Positions 1 through 9,912 are shown, counted from the stretch's first letter. The stretch: DNA of 64,000 bases from a candidate division FCPU426 bacterium (GCA_963847625.1 CAWKAR010000039.1:45244-109243); one strand, 5' to 3'. Notes: a model not told the origin generated them from the sequence alone. Program-made: numbers and translations.

Positions 1-3000
1 TGGATCCCAGCACCGTGACAATCACGGGCGGGAACGGGACCGATAACAACAGCGGCGATGGAGGTGCGGGCGGTGCGGCTACCGCGACCATCGGTTCCTT
101 GAACCTGGCGGGGGATCTGGGCGGTCCTTCCACTTATCAAGTCACCGGCGGCAACGGCGGTAATGCTACCGGAGGGATTGGAAACGGCGGCGCGGGCGGC
201 GACGGAATTTTTACTTCTTCCGGAGCGGTGTCGATTGATTCCAGCGACTTCAGTGCGGGCGGGGGCGGGGGAGGTTCCAGCTTTACCAGCATCGGCGGGA
301 ACGGCGGAAACGCGAACGTTTCCATCGGGACTGATTTAAATATAACGGCATCCAAAAATTTGTCCATGTTTGCCGTGGTAGGTGGTTTGGGTGGAGTGAA
401 TAACGGTACCGGAATTGGCGGGAACGGTGGTACGGCTTCCCTGCCGGCCGGCGGAGCGGTGTCGGTTGATTCCAGTATTGTCGGCGCGGTCGGCGGAAGC
501 GCGGTTTCTGGTAACGGGTCCGCGGGCACGACGGAGGGTTCGGGCGGGAACGCCTCGGCTTCCCTGGGAAGCTTGACGGTGACTTCCGATAATTACAACC
601 TGAATGGCATTGGAACCCCCTCCGAGTTTTTAGTCATGGGCGGAGCGGGTGGAAACGAAAATGACTTAGGGAGTGGCGGAACCGGCGGATCGGCGGACTT
701 GTCCACTTCTAACGCCGTGTCGGTGGACTCCAGCTCGGTGAGCGTGGGTGGGGGGGTAGGGGGTGCTAGTTATGGAGGCAACGGTGGAAACGGCGGGAAC
801 GCCTCGGTTTCCATAGGTTCCGATTTGATCGAAACAGCAAGCAACGTTTCCTCCGGCCTTAACGTGACCGGCGGGAATTCCGGAAACAACATTTGGAATT
901 ATGGCCATGGCACGAGCGGCACGGCTGGTTCGGCGGCCTTATCGGTCTCGGGCGCGGTGTCCGTGGATTCCAGCTCCGTGAGCGTCACGGGGGGCAACGC
1001 GGGTTATGGTTACGGATTAGGGGGCACGACCGGGGGTGCGGGTGGAAACGCCTCGGCCTCTTTGGGAAGCTTGAAGATAACCTCCGATAATTACAACCTG
1101 AATGGGATTGGAAACACTTCCAACTTTAACGTGTCGGGGGGGACGGGTGGAACCGATTATTACCAAGGCGCCGGGGGGGACGGGGGTTCGGCGGCATTGT
1201 CGGTCGCTGGCGCGGTGTCGGTTGATTCAAGCGATGTCAACGTGGACGGGGGAAAGGGTGGTTATAGTTATTACGCCAACGGTGGAAACGGGGGAGACGC
1301 TACCGTTTTCGTCGGGTCCAATTTGACCGTAACGGGGGTAAACAATACCTCCAACTTCACAGTGGTGGGTGGGGCGAGTGCCGGCAATTACCAGGGAAAC
1401 AGCGGGGTGGGCGGAGACGCGGCCTTGTCGGTCGTGGACGCGGTATCGGTGGATTCCAGCAATGTCAGCGTGGGTGGCGGTACGGGCATGATTTCCGCTT
1501 ACGGCAATGGGGATAACGGCGGCAATGTGTCAGTTTCCATTGGGTCTAACCTGAGTGTGAACAACTCCTCCAACTTGAACGTGACCGGTGGAAGCGCGGA
1601 AATCGACTATCCTTGGATTAACAATGGATCCACGGGAGCGGGTGGTTCGGGCGGTTCGGCGGCCCTGTCGGCCGTGGGGGCTGTGCCGGTGGATTCCAGC
1701 GGCGTCACCGTGGCCGGTGGAACGGGAGCTGATAGCTACGGAGGCAACGGAGGAAACGGGGGGAGTGCCTCGGTTTCCATAGGTTCCGGTTTGACCGTAA
1801 CAGCAAGCAACGATTCCTCCAGCCTGTATGTGGCCGGTGGAAACGGCGGAAACAACTATGATTGGTATGGTGTTGGAACCGGCGGCACGGGAGGTTCATC
1901 GAGTTTGTCTGTCGCTGGCGCGGTATCAGTGGATTCCAGTGACGTCAATGTGGCGGGTGGCTACACGGGCTATGGTTATGGATCAGGCTCAAGCGTGACC
2001 GAAGGGGCGGGCGGGAACGCCTCGGCTTCCCTGGGTGGTTTGACGCTAACTTCCGATAATTACAACCAGAATGGCACCGGAACCACTTCAAACTTTACCG
2101 TGGTGGGTAGGGCGGGTGGGGACGATTATGGCAATGGCAACGGCGGGAACGGCGGTTCGGCCTCCTTATCCGTGTCTGATGCGGTGTCGGTGGATTCCAG
2201 TTCGGTAAGCGTGGCCGGCGGGACAGGCGGTTATAGCGCGGGCGCTAATGGTGGAAACGGTGGAAATGCCAGCGTGTCCATCGGAACAAGTTTGACCCTG
2301 ATGAATGCCTCCAACTTGGTTTTGAGCGGTGGAGCGGGCGGAAACAATAATACGGGCGGTAACGGCGGCAATGGCGGTGATGCTTCGCTGACGGCCTCGG
2401 GTTTAACCCTGGGAGCGGGAACCATCTTCAGTATGACTGGAGGAGCGGGAGGAAGCGGAGATAGTAACGATGGGTCCATGGGGAACGCTAACGCCGTGGT
2501 CGGCACTCTGAATGGGGCGGGTTATATCACCATGGGCGGTTCAACTGCGAATCTTCAGGTTAAACAAGGTTATTTCAGCGGTGTGATCGCGGGGAATGAA
2601 AGCCTAGACGTGACGGGGGGCGGGGCACTGACCCTGACGGGCTCCAACACCTATTCAGGCGGCACGACGATGGATTCAGGCACCTTGAACCTGGGGAACA
2701 ACAACGCCCTGGGCACGGGGAACCTCACCCTGGAAGACGGCACGACCTTGCAGGCCGGGGTGAATAACCTGGCTGTCACGAATGCCGTATCCCTCAGTGG
2801 AACCGATACTTACGATTCCAATAGCGATAATTCGTCCCTGTCGGGGGTCATTAGCGGCACCGGTTCCTTGACGAAAATCAACGCGGGAGCTTTGACCCTG
2901 GCCAGCGCCAACACTTACAGCGGGGGGACGACGGTGGTTTCAGGCGCCTTGAACCTGGGGAACAACAACGCACTGGGCACGGGGAACCTGGCGCTGGAAA

Positions 3001-4754
3001 ACGGCGCGACCTTGCAGGCCGGGGTGAATAACTTGGCGGTCACGAATGGGGTGTCCCTCAACGGGGCCGATACCTTGGATAAAAACGGTTATGATTCATC
3101 CCTTTCGGGCGTCCTCAGCGGTACGGGAAGCCTGGATGTGATAGGAGGCGGGACAGTCACTCTTGCGGGATCCAATACTTACTCGGGCGGCACAAACCTT
3201 AATGGGGGTACTTTGGTAGTGGCCAATAGTAATGCCTTGGGCACAGGCTCTGTAGTGAACGGCGGTATCTTGAGCATCAACGGCCCCATGACGGTTAATA
3301 TCGGGGGCAATTACACCCAATCCTCCTCGGGAATTCTGCAATTGGGGATGGGGGGAACAGCAGCGGGAACCTGGGATGTGTTGAATGTTTCAGGCGCGGC
3401 CAGCCTGAATGGGACCCTGTGGCTGGTTTCGGACAACGGGTTCCACTTGCATATACATGGGACCGAGGACTTCGAAATCCTGTCGGCAGGAAGCGTGGGC
3501 GCAACGTTCACCACGTTTTCCGATATGATTACGGGCGATTCGGTTTCGTTGGTTTACCAGTCGAAGGATGTGCTCTTGAAGGTGACCGGCCCGAGCTTCC
3601 AGTCCTTGGGTGGGACGCCCAACGAAGCCGCTGTCGGCGGCGTGTTGGATTACCTGAACGCCCATTCGCCCGACCAGTCCTTGATCCATTATTTGAATAC
3701 CCAATCCGATGCCGCGTTGCTGGGGATTTACGACAAAATCTCGCCGGCGGACTTGACGCCACTGTACCGGATCAGTTTCAGCTCCGCCCAGGTTGAGGCG
3801 GGAATGGTGGAACAAAGGCTTGACCAGTTGTTCGGCAATTCCGGGGATGGTTCCAAGAATATTTCCTGGAACGGGGAAGAGCTCCTGTTCGCGGGCAGGC
3901 ACTCGGCCAGGAGAGAAGCGAATATGGCCAAGGACCTCCAACCCGAGCACTGGGGAGTCTTTGCCGACGGAATCGGCGACTTCGGAACCGTCTCAGCCGA
4001 CTCGAACGCCCCGGGGTACCAATATTCCACCGGCGGAATGGTCGCCGGGATGGATTACCGGTTCTCGAAGGATTTGGTGGGAGGGTTGATGCTGGGTTAC
4101 ACCCAGTCGGGCAGCAGCCAATCCACCGGAACGGTGAACGTGACGGGCGGGCAATTGGGCCTCTACGGCGGGTGGAAACAAGGCCCGCTTCACGTGGAAG
4201 CGCTGGCCGCGGGAGGGATCAACAGTTACACCACCCAACGCGACTCCTTGGGAGGCACGGCGTCGGGAAGCACACAGGGCCAACAACTTTCTGGCCAGAT
4301 CGGCGCCGGATACGATTTGACCGTTGGGAATGCGAAGGTGGTGCCTTTCGTATCGGGCCAGTACACCCGAGTGGATGTCAACGGCTTCAACGAATTCGGC
4401 TCCCAGACGCCGTTGAATTACGCGGCGCAGGGGGAAGGGTGCTTGACCAGCGACCTGGGAGCGGGGGTAAGCCGCGACTGGTTCGCGGGAAACGTCGTTT
4501 TGGCGCCTAGCGTGAGCGCGGCCTGGGAGCATGTGTTCCAGGGCAACTTGGACAGCCTGGACGCGACCCTGGGAAGCGGCGGGAGCTTCACCGTGGACGG
4601 CCCGGCGACGGGGACCGACGCGTTGGTCTTGGCCGCAGGGTTGGACGCGCAATTCACCAAAGGGTTCAAGGCCTATGTCTCGTGCCAAGGCAGGGTGGGA
4701 TTGACGAACTTCTCCGGGCAAAACTTGACAGGCGGCGTGAACTTCGGGTTTTAA
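1..4754 (+). CDS. Giant autotransporter-type adhesin, 5'-truncated by the window edge. It has Gly-rich ~80-aa periodic repeats, autotransporter-associated beta-strand (PATR) repeats, and a C-terminal beta-barrel translocator domain
   Basis: ORF 15..4754 is open to the window start. There are at least 9 repeats of AVSVDSSxVxVxGG...GGNGGNASVSIGS with ~240-nt period from about nt 230 to 2300. Three copies of LTLTGSNTYSGGTT..LNLGNNNALGTGNL (PATR-like) lie at ~2630-3250. The C-terminal ~380 aa shows alternating beta-strand character and ends NFGF (aromatic terminal residue, OMP beta-signal). Confidence 0.8.
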   Translation, partial: DPSTVTITGGNGTDNNSGDGGAGGAATATIGSLNLAGDLGGPSTYQVTGGNGGNATGGIGNGGAGGDGIFTSSGAVSIDSSDFSAGGGGGGSSFTSIGGNGGNANVSIGTDLNITASKNLSMFAVVGGLGGVNNGTGIGGNGGTASLPAGGAVSVDSSIVGAVGGSAVSGNGSAGTTEGSGGNASASLGSLTVTSDNYNLNGIGTPSEFLVMGGAGGNENDLGSGGTGGSADLSTSNAVSVDSSSVSVGGGVGGASYGGNGGNGGNASVSIGSDLIETASNVSSGLNVTGGNSGNNIWNYGHGTSGTAGSAALSVSGAVSVDSSSVSVTGGNAGYGYGLGGTTGGAGGNASASLGSLKITSDNYNLNGIGNTSNFNVSGGTGGTDYYQGAGGDGGSAALSVAGAVSVDSSDVNVDGGKGGYSYYANGGNGGDATVFVGSNLTVTGVNNTSNFTVVGGASAGNYQGNSGVGGDAALSVVDAVSVDSSNVSVGGGTGMISAYGNGDNGGNVSVSIGSNLSVNNSSNLNVTGGSAEIDYPWINNGSTGAGGSGGSAALSAVGAVPVDSSGVTVAGGTGADSYGGNGGNGGSASVSIGSGLTVTASNDSSSLYVAGGNGGNNYDWYGVGTGGTGGSSSLSVAGAVSVDSSDVNVAGGYTGYGYGSGSSVTEGAGGNASASLGGLTLTSDNYNQNGTGTTSNFTVVGRAGGDDYGNGNGGNGGSASLSVSDAVSVDSSSVSVAGGTGGYSAGANGGNGGNASVSIGTSLTLMNASNLVLSGGAGGNNNTGGNGGNGGDASLTASGLTLGAGTIFSMTGGAGGSGDSNDGSMGNANAVVGTLNGAGYITMGGSTANLQVKQGYFSGVIAGNESLDVTGGGALTLTGSNTYSGGTTMDSGTLNLGNNNALGTGNLTLEDGTTLQAGVNNLAVTNAVSLSGTDTYDSNSDNSSLSGVISGTGSLTKINAGALTLASANTYSGGTTVVSGALNLGNNNALGTGNLALENGATLQAGVNNLAVTNGVSLNGADTLDKNGYDSSLSGVLSGTGSLDVIGGGTVTLAGSNTYSGGTNLNGGTLVVANSNALGTGSVVNGGILSINGPMTVNIGGNYTQSSSGILQLGMGGTAAGTWDVLNVSGAASLNGTLWLVSDNGFHLHIHGTEDFEILSAGSVGATFTTFSDMITGDSVSLVYQSKDVLLKVTGPSFQSLGGTPNEAAVGGVLDYLNAHSPDQSLIHYLNTQSDAALLGIYDKISPADLTPLYRISFSSAQVEAGMVEQRLDQLFGNSGDGSKNISWNGEELLFAGRHSARREANMAKDLQPEHWGVFADGIGDFGTVSADSNAPGYQYSTGGMVAGMDYRFSKDLVGGLMLGYTQSGSSQSTGTVNVTGGQLGLYGGWKQGPLHVEALAAGGINSYTTQRDSLGGTASGSTQGQQLSGQIGAGYDLTVGNAKVVPFVSGQYTRVDVNGFNEFGSQTPLNYAAQGEGCLTSDLGAGVSRDWFAGNVVLAPSVSAAWEHVFQGNLDSLDATLGSGGSFTVDGPATGTDALVLAAGLDAQFTKGFKAYVSCQGRVGLTNFSGQNLTGGVNFGF

Positions 4755-4778
4755 GAAGAAAAATTTAGCTTTAAAAAC

Positions 4779-4840
4779 AAGGGGCCTCGCCCTGAAGAGA
4801 CCGACGGGTCTATTTCAGGGCTTGGCCCTTATTTTTTTGA
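4779..4840 (+). terminator. Rho-independent terminator after the autotransporter gene
   Basis: Nested inverted repeats gccctgaa...ttcagggc (with inner gacc/ggtc) followed by ttattttttt. Confidence 0.55.
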
Positions 4841-5039
4841 TACCTGAATTTTCGCCTAATCGACACCCCCGGTATTCCCCAAGAATACCCCCCCACTAAC
4901 CAAAATAATATCTAGCCACGGATGCATGGGATTCATGAGATTTTAAAAACACAAATAATTAAAGCCTTTTTCTTAGGCCTATCTGAGTGCATCCCCTGAA
5001 TCCGTGGTTAAGAGTCGGTTTTTTGGAAAACGGAGGCCG

Positions 5040-5153
5040 TTAACCCGGTGAACGCTGCTGGCACCCAGTACGCGGGGCCGGGAACCCAGTATAGGGTGCC
5101 GTAAACCCGGTATTTGGAGAGATAACCCAGTAAACGGAGACGGTAACCCAGAT
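5040..5153. repeat. Array of 6 direct repeats of a 9-bp motif (G/T)AACCC(A/G)GTA at regular 20-21 bp spacing (iteron-like or regulator-binding array)
   Basis: taacccggtg@5041, gcacccagta@5061, ggaacccagt@5081, gtaaacccgg@5101, gataacccag@5121, cggtaaccca@5141. Successive copies are 20-21 bp apart, i.e. two helical turns. Confidence 0.6.
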
Positions 5154-5276
5154 AGCATGAATGGGCCAGCGACCTTCGTAGTAGGCTTTGATCAATAGCA
5201 GCTGATCAAAATAACGCGGGTTGCTCCGTCCTCCACACCCCTTCCGTCCTGCTCTGAGTTCTCCATCTCGAAGAAC

Positions 5277-5537
5277 GTGTTTTTCCCGTCAAACGGGGCG
5301 GTATCGATTTATGTTTCCTATTGCCAGTACCCGGGTGCCTTTTCCTTAGGAATCTATAATTCGGCCGGGGAACACATCAAAACCCTGGATGAGCGGTATT
5401 TAGAAGCCCCGATTGCCGCTTCTTACCTTTGGGACGGGAAGAACAAATTTGGGGACCCCTGCGCGAGCGGAGTATATCTCATTTCCTTGATGGAACCCTA
5501 TGATCACAAGTTGAAAAGGGTCATCCTCATCAAGTAA
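5277..5537 (+). pseudogene. Orphan C-terminal sorting domain (Por-secretion-tail / FlgD-Ig-like CTD) with no upstream catalytic region; probable gene remnant
   Basis: 86-aa ORF ...YLWDGKNKFGDPCASGVYLISLMEPYDHKLKRVILIK resembles the C-terminal ~90 aa of the hydrolase at 39375..41810 (...NGLYYVVLDRLNGGHESLQIMKLLIFR). No coding sequence precedes it for >500 bp. Confidence 0.35.
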
Positions 5538-6015
5538 CTGGTTTCAAATTATTTTGTTTCACCCGATCCCACCCCCTAAAAACAAAGTTAGGAAGTTAGC
5601 CCCAACTGTTTTTTGACAGTTGGGACAACCAAGTCTCGCCATTCGACGCCGGATATTTTTAACTTTTGATCCGGCACATCTAAACCATGCCTCTCGACTT
5701 GTAGCTTCGAGGCAAGAGCTTGTAGGCTCATGGCAGGTACAGTTAGAAATTAACTGCAAAACACCAATTTAAGTGGCATCCCATTTGGGTAGGTGCATTT
5801 ATTCCTCCTTCATGTATATAATGAGCAAGGTTTTACTTTGGCCGGGTGAAAAACCAAGTCTTTTATCCGCCATAGATAGGTTGCCTATCCGAACGAATCC
5901 TATGGAAACTTTTAGATGGCATTTTTACGGGTCGGCATGAAAGCGCTTGAAAGCTTGAAACCGGAATGAAAACCGCTTTCGTGGAAAAATTTTCCTTTTA
6001 GGAACAAGGAGTCTT

Positions 6016-7044
6016 ATGTCCACCAATACCATTTATGAAGTCGCCCAAAAGGCGGGCGTTTCCATTTCCACTGTTTCACGGGTCTTGAACAAAAATCCGA
6101 ATGTCCTGGAAGAGACCCGAAGAAAGGTTTTGAAAGCCATCGAGGAACTCCACTTCAGGCCCAACCCCATTGCGCGCGGCTTGGTGATCAAGCAGACGAA
6201 CCTGATCGAGGTTTTCTTTTCCTGGCCGGGCTACCGGTTCAACCTGGAAAGCGCCTGGTACGTGGAACTCCTCAACGGCGTCAACCAAGTTGTCCAGGAA
6301 AACCAGTTCGGCCTTTTGATCAACACCATCGCGGGGGTTTTCGACCCGCAAGAGGTCTATAAGCGGGTTTTCAATAACGTCGTGGATGGGATCCTCATGG
6401 TTTCGCCTTATCTGGAGGAAAAGGATTTGGTTGAGATCCTGAGCGATCGGGTGCCCATCGTGCTCGTCGGTTACCGGACCTCGGACCCGAAACTGGATTT
6501 CGTGGACAGCGACAATGTCCAGGCTGTAGGCCAGGTGGTCGACCACCTGGCGGGATTAAAGCACAAGAAAATCGCCATCATCACGGGGCAGGTGGATAAC
6601 TCGCGCAACGCCACAGACCGCTTGGAAGGTTTCCGCTCCGCCATGGATAAACACGGATTCAAGATCCCGCCGGAATACATCGTGGGCGGGGATTTTCTTT
6701 TGGAATCCGGCGAGGAAGCCATGAAAAAACTTTTGGCGCTCCGCGACAGGCCGACGGCGGTCTTCGCGTCCAACGATCTCATGGCATTGGGGGCCATCAA
6801 GGCTCTGGAAAAAGCCAAATTGAAAGTGGGGAAGGATATCGCCTTGGTTGGCTTTGATGATATTCCCGAGGCTTCCACCCCGCCCCATTCCCTCACCACC
6901 ATTCATCAGGATTACCGGTCTATCAGCGTGGAAGCCACCCGAATCCTGTTGCAGAAGATCCGGGAACCGGAACAATGGAAGACACGCCAATTGCTGGTCC
7001 CGGCCCAACTGGTGGTACGGCAATCCTGCGGATCAAAGAAATAA
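6016..7044 (+). CDS. LacI-family transcriptional regulator
   Basis: N-terminal HTH TIYEVAQKAGVSISTVSRVLNKNPNV followed by a periplasmic-binding-protein-like sugar-binding core (342 aa). Confidence 0.85.
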   Translation: MSTNTIYEVAQKAGVSISTVSRVLNKNPNVLEETRRKVLKAIEELHFRPNPIARGLVIKQTNLIEVFFSWPGYRFNLESAWYVELLNGVNQVVQENQFGLLINTIAGVFDPQEVYKRVFNNVVDGILMVSPYLEEKDLVEILSDRVPIVLVGYRTSDPKLDFVDSDNVQAVGQVVDHLAGLKHKKIAIITGQVDNSRNATDRLEGFRSAMDKHGFKIPPEYIVGGDFLLESGEEAMKKLLALRDRPTAVFASNDLMALGAIKALEKAKLKVGKDIALVGFDDIPEASTPPHSLTTIHQDYRSISVEATRILLQKIREPEQWKTRQLLVPAQLVVRQSCGSKK

Positions 7045-7301
7045 CCCGATGTCAATGTCCGAAAGGGACGAGTACCAGGAATATTTTAACCTTTGTGATG
7101 AGGAATATAGATCCATTCGATTCTGGAGGCATGTTTCCATTTATCGTCAATTCCCGTTAAATTCGGCGCAAATTCCAAGTAATTATATTTAGTTTAACAA
7201 GGCCCATGTGCCAACTAGGGACGTTGCAGGACCCGCGCAGGGCTGATACAATGCCTCCGCTTCATCTGGATGGTCTTATTTCTTTTAATTTAGGAAACCA
7301 A

Positions 7302-7955
7302 ATGCGAGCATTTCTTTGGATTCTCGGAATTCTTTTTTTATTGGCCTTGGGATACGCCCTCGTCACTGGATTGGGATTGGGGGGAGTTTTCAAGCACCAT
7401 AAAAACTTGGCGAAGAGTTTTGTGATCACGGATTTCGAATATCCCGCCGACGATTTCGACTGGATGACCGGGGGTTACGTTAAAATCGAACCGTCAAAGG
7501 AAAACCAGACTCACGGCAAACTTTGCGCGAAGGCCACTTTCTTCCTGGAAAATCAGTTTTTCCCAACGCCCACGCCGGGCGCCGACTGGCGGCCCCAAAT
7601 GGCGCTGGACACCAATTCGGTCACCCAACTGAAGGTTTACGAGTGGCAGGAATATGCCGACCTGAAACTGGATGTCTTTAATCCGCAAGATCATCCGGTC
7701 ACCTACCATATGGAAGTGGCGGATTCCCACGCTTATGTTTTTTCCGACATCTCTGGGCCGCTGACCCCGAAAAAAGTCACCAACATCGATGTCCCCTTGG
7801 ACCAGTTGATCCAAGCCCGGCTGGATTTAAGCAATATCCGGTCCATCAAGTTTTGGGTGGATATGGCGGGGGCCACAGAACCCATCGTGGTTTACCTGGA
7901 CTACCTGCGCCTGGAGGGCGACGCAACCGCGCCCAAGCCAGCCGTTAAACATTAA
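7302..7955 (+). CDS. Membrane-anchored CBM-like (jelly-roll) protein, paralog of the lipoproteins at 15052/23642/24590
   Basis: ORF 7206..7955. The likely start is ATG 7302 (MRAFLWILGILFLLALGYALV TM anchor). Shares motifs ITDFEYPADDFDW near the N-terminus and FWVD...VVYLDYLRLEG at the C-terminus with the other family members. Confidence 0.5.
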   Translation: MRAFLWILGILFLLALGYALVTGLGLGGVFKHHKNLAKSFVITDFEYPADDFDWMTGGYVKIEPSKENQTHGKLCAKATFFLENQFFPTPTPGADWRPQMALDTNSVTQLKVYEWQEYADLKLDVFNPQDHPVTYHMEVADSHAYVFSDISGPLTPKKVTNIDVPLDQLIQARLDLSNIRSIKFWVDMAGATEPIVVYLDYLRLEGDATAPKPAVKH

Positions 7956-8581
7956 TCAAAAATCCAGTTCTGATTAATTCAATGTTTCAATTCTTAGCAA
8001 GTTATTTTGCCCTGAAATCCAATCGAATCTCTTGATTATAAGGGTTTCTGGTTTAACCTTCCTAAGATATAAGTTCTAATCAATCCTTAACCTGCGATTA
8101 GATTTGTCCTTAATTTTTATTCCTGAAAAGAAGCAATTGCGAATCAATTTTTTCTTCGTGGACGTATATCGGCTTGGAAAAGTTCATTTAAGAAACAACA
8201 AGGTTAATGCCGTCAACGACTAATGATCGGTTTTGAAACTGATGGTTGCCTGCTACCAGAATATATCTAATCAGACTGTACGTCCTAGAGACATTACTTT
8301 TCAGCCATTTTACGGACAGGACGATCTGAAAAGAAGATTTGTCAATCTGGAAGGAAACGGGAAATATCCCAAATCAGTTAGTCGAATTGAAAACGGAAAG
8401 TATAATTAAGCTATGAATAGCCTGCCGTCATGCCCGAAAAAGTTTATTCGAAAAGTTTCATGAAAAATTTTCTCCATATTTCGTTAAGGTAATAAGCCAT
8501 GGAAGTCTTTTTGAAGAATTTATTAATTCGTGAGATCTGATTTATAAAATAAAAAAGAGATTACGAAAATAAAAGAGTCTT

Positions 8582-9751
8582 ATGAATCAGATGCATTCAG
8601 GCCGAATTGAGGTTTTGGATTCCTTGCGCGGCGTTGCAGCTATGCAGGTGGTATTCAATCATTTTTTGATCGTGTTTCCTCTTTTTTTTGAAGCGACCCT
8701 CCACCTAGCGTCAAATCAACCTTTGATGGCGAAGTTGATGGTTTATACGCCGCTCCATATCCTATGGGCGGGGCATGAGGCTGTTATCTTCTTTTTCACT
8801 TTGAGCGGATTTGTTTTGTCCTTACCTTATGTGAATAGGAATCCACTTTTTTACCGACCCTACCTGATTAGGAGATTTTGCCGAATTTATATTCCTTTTT
8901 TCACTCTTATTTCTCTCTCCCTTATTTTATATAAGAGGGGTCTAGGTTTTTTTGCGATTCCAGGTGTCAGCTGTTGGACTAACAGTTTTTTTTCTAAAAC
9001 CATCACTTGGCGGGAAATGCTGAAAATCTATACCGGGTTCGACGATATCTACACCTATAACTTGGCTCCCACTGTTTGGAGTCTAAACCACGAGATGCGC
9101 ATCTCAATTGTTTTTCCCTTCTTGGCTAACATGGTGGTGAAATTAAATTGGAGAGAAAATTTGGGAATGGGTTTTTTGTTAGCAGCTCTAGGAGGGGGAT
9201 TGATCAATGAGAAAATATTATCCGCTGGAGAATTGAATAGAACATTTTTCTACACCTCTTTTTTTATCTTTGGGGCCCTTCTGGCGAAACATCGGGATTG
9301 GGTTTTAGGGGCCATTGGGAAATACAATGGCGGCCTAAGAACATTGTTCTTAGCCTCTGCTTTAATCTTGTATAACATTCGCTGGTCGGGATTGGTGGAA
9401 GAAAAATCATCTTTTTCCCCTGTTGGTCATGAAGTTTTCTGCGATTTGTCAGTAGGACTGGCGTCACTTTATTTCATCGGTGCGTCTTTGGGATGGAAGC
9501 TAAATAAAAAGAATTTTGTTCAAGGAACCTTTTTGTGGATTGGGAAAATTTCCTTCAGCCTTTATTTGATCCATCCGTTGATATTATTCATGAGTATTTA
9601 TTATTTTAGGCATTTCTTGCCAATAATCATTAGCGACTTCCTGGGTTTGTCCTTTGCAATATTTGTGGCTTGGCTTTTCTATCGTTGGATAGAATGTCCT
9701 TCCACACAATTGGGTAAAAAACTTTCCAAACATTCCATTTTCACGGGCTAG
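8582..9751 (+). CDS. Acyltransferase family 3 (OafA/NolL-like) integral membrane O-acyltransferase
   Basis: 389 aa, about 10 predicted TM helices, N-terminal LDSLRGVAAMQVVFNHF typical of PF01757. The gene sits in a low-GC island (7956-10545). Confidence 0.65.
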   Translation: MNQMHSGRIEVLDSLRGVAAMQVVFNHFLIVFPLFFEATLHLASNQPLMAKLMVYTPLHILWAGHEAVIFFFTLSGFVLSLPYVNRNPLFYRPYLIRRFCRIYIPFFTLISLSLILYKRGLGFFAIPGVSCWTNSFFSKTITWREMLKIYTGFDDIYTYNLAPTVWSLNHEMRISIVFPFLANMVVKLNWRENLGMGFLLAALGGGLINEKILSAGELNRTFFYTSFFIFGALLAKHRDWVLGAIGKYNGGLRTLFLASALILYNIRWSGLVEEKSSFSPVGHEVFCDLSVGLASLYFIGASLGWKLNKKNFVQGTFLWIGKISFSLYLIHPLILFMSIYYFRHFLPIIISDFLGLSFAIFVAWLFYRWIECPSTQLGKKLSKHSIFTG

Positions 9752-9820
9752 AAAGAAATTCCTAAAACTAAAACCCAATTCATTTATGGGAACCTCTAAA
9801 AATTCATTTAAGCCCTCGCC

Positions 9821-9912
9821 CCTTGAGGGAGAGGGTAGGGTGAGGGGTAAAAAACCTCGCTATTTCCACCCTCATCCCATCCTTCTCCCCTCTAGGGAGA
9901 AGGGGAACGGCA
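9821..9912. repeat. GC-rich imperfect palindromic element (REP/MITE-like) in an AT-rich intergenic region
   Basis: ccctcgccccttgagggagagggtagggtgagggg ... accctcatcccatccttctcccctctagggagaagggg forms two related purine/pyrimidine-skewed arms capable of extensive hairpin pairing. Confidence 0.4.

Noticed and set aside
137-4721. Minus-strand ORFs inside the autotransporter gene (137..529, 2231..2506, 3390..3950, 3993..4721 and others) encoding Pro/Arg-rich peptides
   Set aside because: They are mirror-frame translations of Gly/Asn-rich codon repeats in a GC-rich gene, with no independent coding signal; the sense-strand gene is well supported.
5040-5153. Possibility that the regular repeat array is a CRISPR array
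   Set aside because: Repeats are only ~9 bp with ~11-12 bp spacers, far shorter than CRISPR repeat/spacer units, and no cas genes are nearby.
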